Positions 52,124-64,000 of a stretch of 64,000 bases of DNA are shown piece after piece (position 1 is the first letter of the stretch; each line of letters opens with the position of its first letter). Made by a program: the position numbers and the translations under genes. The DNA is taken from assembly GCF_009914755.1 (NCBI RefSeq), contig NC_060925.1; one strand, given 5' to 3'. This DNA comes from the human T2T-CHM13v2.0 reference genome, Homo sapiens. Under the pieces are notes generated by a model. That model had not been told where the DNA came from, made no database searches, and saw only the letters and a program-made list of their open reading frames with translations.

Positions 52124-53310
52124 TGTAGGACCTCTTTAGGAAGGTGGCATTTGAGCAAAGACTTGAAGCCAGTGATGAAGTTAGGTGTGTGGACATTTGG
52201 GACAGAGGGAAGAACTAGTGCAAAGGTTCAAAGGTAGAAGTGTGCCTGGTGCATTCAAGGAGAGCGAGGAAGCTTGAGTAGAGTGGATCAGGGACATTTG
52301 TGGGATGAAGGCACAGTGGTGGAGGAAGGAGGCCGACGATGTGGGGTTTTGTAAGAACTCTGACTTTGACTTTGAATGAGATGGGAAGCAGAAGCCATAG
52401 AGGTTTTCAGAAAAAGAGGCATGATCTGGCTTGTGTTTTAATGGGATTGTTCTGGCTACAGTGTTGAGAGTAGGCTGCATGGGTAGAGGGAACAGAAGCA
52501 GGTCATCTGCTATTGTAGTAATCCAGGAACAAGACGATAGTCATTTAGACCGATTACAGTTGTAGTGATGAGAAATATGGGAAGATTCTGGATCTACGTG
52601 TTTGAAGATGAAACCTACAAAAGCTGCTGATGCATTGGATATGGGGTATGATAGACAGGCGGGTAAAGGATAACTCTAAGATTTTTGGCCCAAGCAACTA
52701 GAGGGATTGAGTTTCCTCAGCCAAAAGAAGAGCAGATTTACCTGGGTGCAATGGTTCATGCTTGTGGAGGCTGAGGCAGGAGGATTGTTTGAGGCCAGGA
52801 GTTTGAGACCAGCCTCATCAACATAGGGAGACCCTGTCTCTACAAAAAACAAAAACAAAAAAAAACCAAGCACAGTGGCTCAAACCTGTAGTCCCACCTA
52901 CTTGGGAGGTTCAAGCTGCTTCTTGCTTGAGCCCAGGAGTTTGAGGCTACAGTGAGCTGTAATTTGCCACTGCCCTCCAGCCTGGGTGATAGAGTGAGAC
53001 CTTGTCTCAAAAAAAATAAAAATAAAAGAGCAGATTTGGTGTGTCTGATGAAGAAAGAGAAGGTCAGATGTTCAACCTGCTAGTTTGACATGCCTAATAG
53101 ACATCTAAATGGAGATGCCAAGGGGGCAGGTGATATATGAATCTGGAGTTCAGGAGTAATGACTAGGTTGGAGATATAAACATGAGGTTCATTAGCATAT
53201 GTGAGTTGGAATTTAAAGCCCTGATATTAGATGAGATGCCCAAAGGAGTAAGTAGATAAGAAGAGACCCTAAACTGAGCCCTGGGGTGCTTCAATCTTAA
53301 GAGGGAGCTA

Positions 53311-53571
<261 letters not shown>

Positions 53572-53933
53572 TCAAAAAAAATAAAAAGTAAAAAGAGGTC
53601 GGGATTAAAGGGCGGAACCAGCAAAAGAAACAAAGAAGGAACAGTCAAAGATGGAGGAGGAGTCTAACATTCTGAAAGCTTCATGAAGGAAAAGTTTTTC
53701 TTCCCTTTGTTTCTTCTTCCTCCACCCTCTTCTTCCATCCCAAAGCCTGATGCAGCAGGTTATGGAGAGAAAGAACAGGAGCCATGGGGAGGGCTGCACA
53801 AACAGGATTGGCTCATCTCAGCATCTCAGTTACTTTCCACCTTCCACTTTTCATTCAAACACCTGGCAGGTAGAGGTGCTTAGTAGGATGAATGAGCTCA
53901 TGCATTCCGATTTCTGGGCTTTTCAGTTTTTAA

Positions 53934-55100
<1,167 letters not shown>

Positions 55101-55194
55101 GTGGAGAGCCATTTTGAGATCTCATCCTCTCCCTTCTCACTCATGGCATGTGTAATCTTAATGAGAATAAACTCCCAGGGGAAAAGAAAAGTCA

Positions 55195-57610
<2,416 letters not shown>

Positions 57611-57744
57611 TCAGGGGAGAGATGGAAAGATTGCTCCGGTAGTGCCGAGAGCACCAGGAGATGGAGGTGGGAAAGTGTGGATGCTGCTATTTGCTTGGCG
57701 TCATCCTGGGCAGCACCTCAAAACCAGGCACAAGCCTCTCAGTT

Positions 57745-57770
57745 ACACACACACACACACACACACACAC
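57745..57770. repeat. (AC)13 microsatellite just downstream of MYOC
   Basis: Pure dinucleotide run. Confidence 0.95.
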
Positions 57771-57895
57771 CACCTTTAACATCCTGCAATCACATCTCCC
57801 AACCTGAAGGAATTACCTGATGGTTGGAATCTATATCCTTCTCTTAAGCAAAGATTCCCACAAAGTTCAAGGAAGAGAACGTTGGGTAAGAAAAT

Positions 57896-58191
57896 TTTAT
57901 TTCACAATGTAAAGGGTTATGTGAGACCCAACTGTATTCTATCTGAAGCATTAGAAGCCAACTGTAGTAAATGCATCTTACTTATATTCGATGCTGGCCA
58001 GAGGAGCTATTCTGCTTCCTTTAGAAGTTATGCTTTTTATTGTGGCTTGTGGTAACCATGTAACATGCAAGAGCAATGGTTTTCAGGAAGAAACTATTAT
58101 GCCTTACAGCTTTTGCCCCAAATCACAAGAAAACTTGAACTATGTCATTAAACATCCCATAAATGCTGACAGAAGATAAAGGATATTTATT
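57896..58191 (-). terminator. Three MYOC poly(A) signals (57896-57901, 58036-58041, 58186-58191)
   Basis: TTTATT on the + strand equals AATAAA on the gene strand, in the 3'UTR. Confidence 0.8.
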
Positions 58192-58389
58192 ATATGAAAT
58201 TGTCTACGCCCTCAGACTACAATTCCTGAATAGTTAGATGGTGACCATGTTCATCCTTCTGGATTAATGAAAACTTGGAAAGCAGTCAAAGCTGCCTGGG
58301 CCCTGGCTGGCTGGCTCTCCCTTCAGCCTGCTCCCCCCAGGAGCCCTGAGCATCTCCTTCTGCCATTGCCTGTACAGCTTGGAGGCTTT

Positions 58390-59313
<924 letters not shown>

Positions 59314-59825
59314 CTACCACCCGCTGGCTGTGTGACTTTCAGTAAGTTACTTAGCTCTCTACGCCTCAGTTATCGCATTTGTAAAAGGGGATACTAATAG
59401 TGTTTTGGGTAGTAGGGCTGTTGTAAATTTTAAATGTAATTATATATGTTAAGTGCTTGGTATAGAGTAAATATATGGTAAATGCTATATGATCAATCTG
59501 TGTTTCATGTTATTGACAATTATTGCTATCACTGAGGGGCATGCATGGGAGTGGGAGCTATAAAATATTTAAAGTACAATTCACTCAGTATCAGTTGTAA
59601 GGATGAAAGTTGCACAGAGGGCTTCAACTGCATTTGTAATATTCTACTTAAGCTGGGCAGGGACCCATGGGTGTTCATTGTATTACTTATTGTGACTTTC
59701 ATGCCTGGTTTATTTCATTACTATAAGGTAGGAGAGAGAAAAATCAACTCATAAGAATAATCTCCATACAACAAAGTTTTTCAAGCCCTGATGAGTCACA
59801 TATTTCATACATCATTTTAATATAA

Positions 59826-60393
<568 letters not shown>

Positions 60394-60984
60394 TAATGGC
60401 ACCTTCGGTTCCCTCATAGAAGGTAGAAACACTTTGCTGCTCATATCTTAGAGAACCGTGTTTTAAATATTTCATAACCCCTACTTGCATGCATGCCCTT
60501 CAGTGCTAGTAATCATTGTCAATAACATGGATAGTCAAAGTTTCTGGAAATCACAGTATTAGTCATAAAGTTGGACTTTCAGGGAACACTTTGGAGAGAG
60601 CCAAACTGTACTTTTCCTAAGTGGCCAAAGTTCAGAAAACATACTGTTAGTAACAGATTGTGGCTGAGATGGTGCTTGGTGTATACCTGTCCCTAAAATA
60701 AAGATATGAAGGCGCTACTGAAAAATGTAACTTCTCAAGTATATCTAATTCTACATGACAATCAAGTGGATGAAATCAACACATCTCTCATCTTGCCCTG
60801 TGCAGCCCAGCCCAGCCTCCCAAGTGTGGGTGATAGGATAGAGGGCTTTGTTAGGGAAAGGCTGACTCCTGCAGACCTGCTCTGACAAGGGAACAGAGAG
60901 AGAGAGAGAGTTCTGTTCCTCTTCTCCTCCCCTCCCTCTGCTCCCAGGGAAGTTAATTTCCCCCTTGGGTGGGCATTTACCCTA

Positions 60985-63680
<2,696 letters not shown>

Positions 63681-64000
63681 AAATTATCTTTACAAGTTGT
63701 TGTACTCACAGAGCCCAAGAGGAAGGGGGCACACTAAGCCCAGGAGGCCACCTGGGGAAGCACCAGGGTTGCTCCAGAAGAGGGCACCAGGGGAAAATGT
63801 GGGAAAGCGCCTTTATTCTTTCCATGGGAAGGAAAGAAAGGGGAGGCAGGGTAAGCAGGTTTAGGATTGGGGAGTTTGAATAATTTCAGCAGGATCTGGG
63901 GTCACAGGAGTTATCTCTAATTGTCTGGTACCAGGCCCTGGGTGATTAGGTCAGGGGGACAGTGGCCTTGAGTTTGAGCCAGATGGAGGTGGTCACAGGG

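Overview
This is primate genomic DNA, most likely human chr1q24.3, identified from recognised protein sequences rather than a database search. It is eukaryotic and intron-rich, so most entries in the ORF track are Alu/LTR shadow ORFs. Layout: (1) 1-~15975 holds the last ten coding exons and 3'UTR of PRRC2C (+), with phase-compatible GT-AG junctions. (2) ~16000-44300 is a repeat-dense intergenic zone. It contains a near full-length Tigger1, a 6.4-kb LTR2B/Harlequin (HERV-E-related, tRNA-Glu PBS) provirus inserted into an Alu head, a solo LTR2B, and MaLR/MER4/L2 relics. (3) 46306-~49360 holds the two coding exons of the 80-aa microprotein gene MYOCOS (+). (4) ~57880-61187 holds MYOC exons 3 and 2 (-). 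No CRISPR, rRNA or tRNA genes were seen. The best candidate for an under-described system is the repeat-free terminal intron region of PRRC2C. It appears to contain several alternative C-terminal exons, one with its branch point and acceptor buried in a ~94-nt pri-miRNA-like hairpin. The provirus also shows a strong APOBEC3-type Trp-to-stop pattern. Repeat family names and Alu boundaries are by eye and approximate, and novelty cannot be established without database checks.
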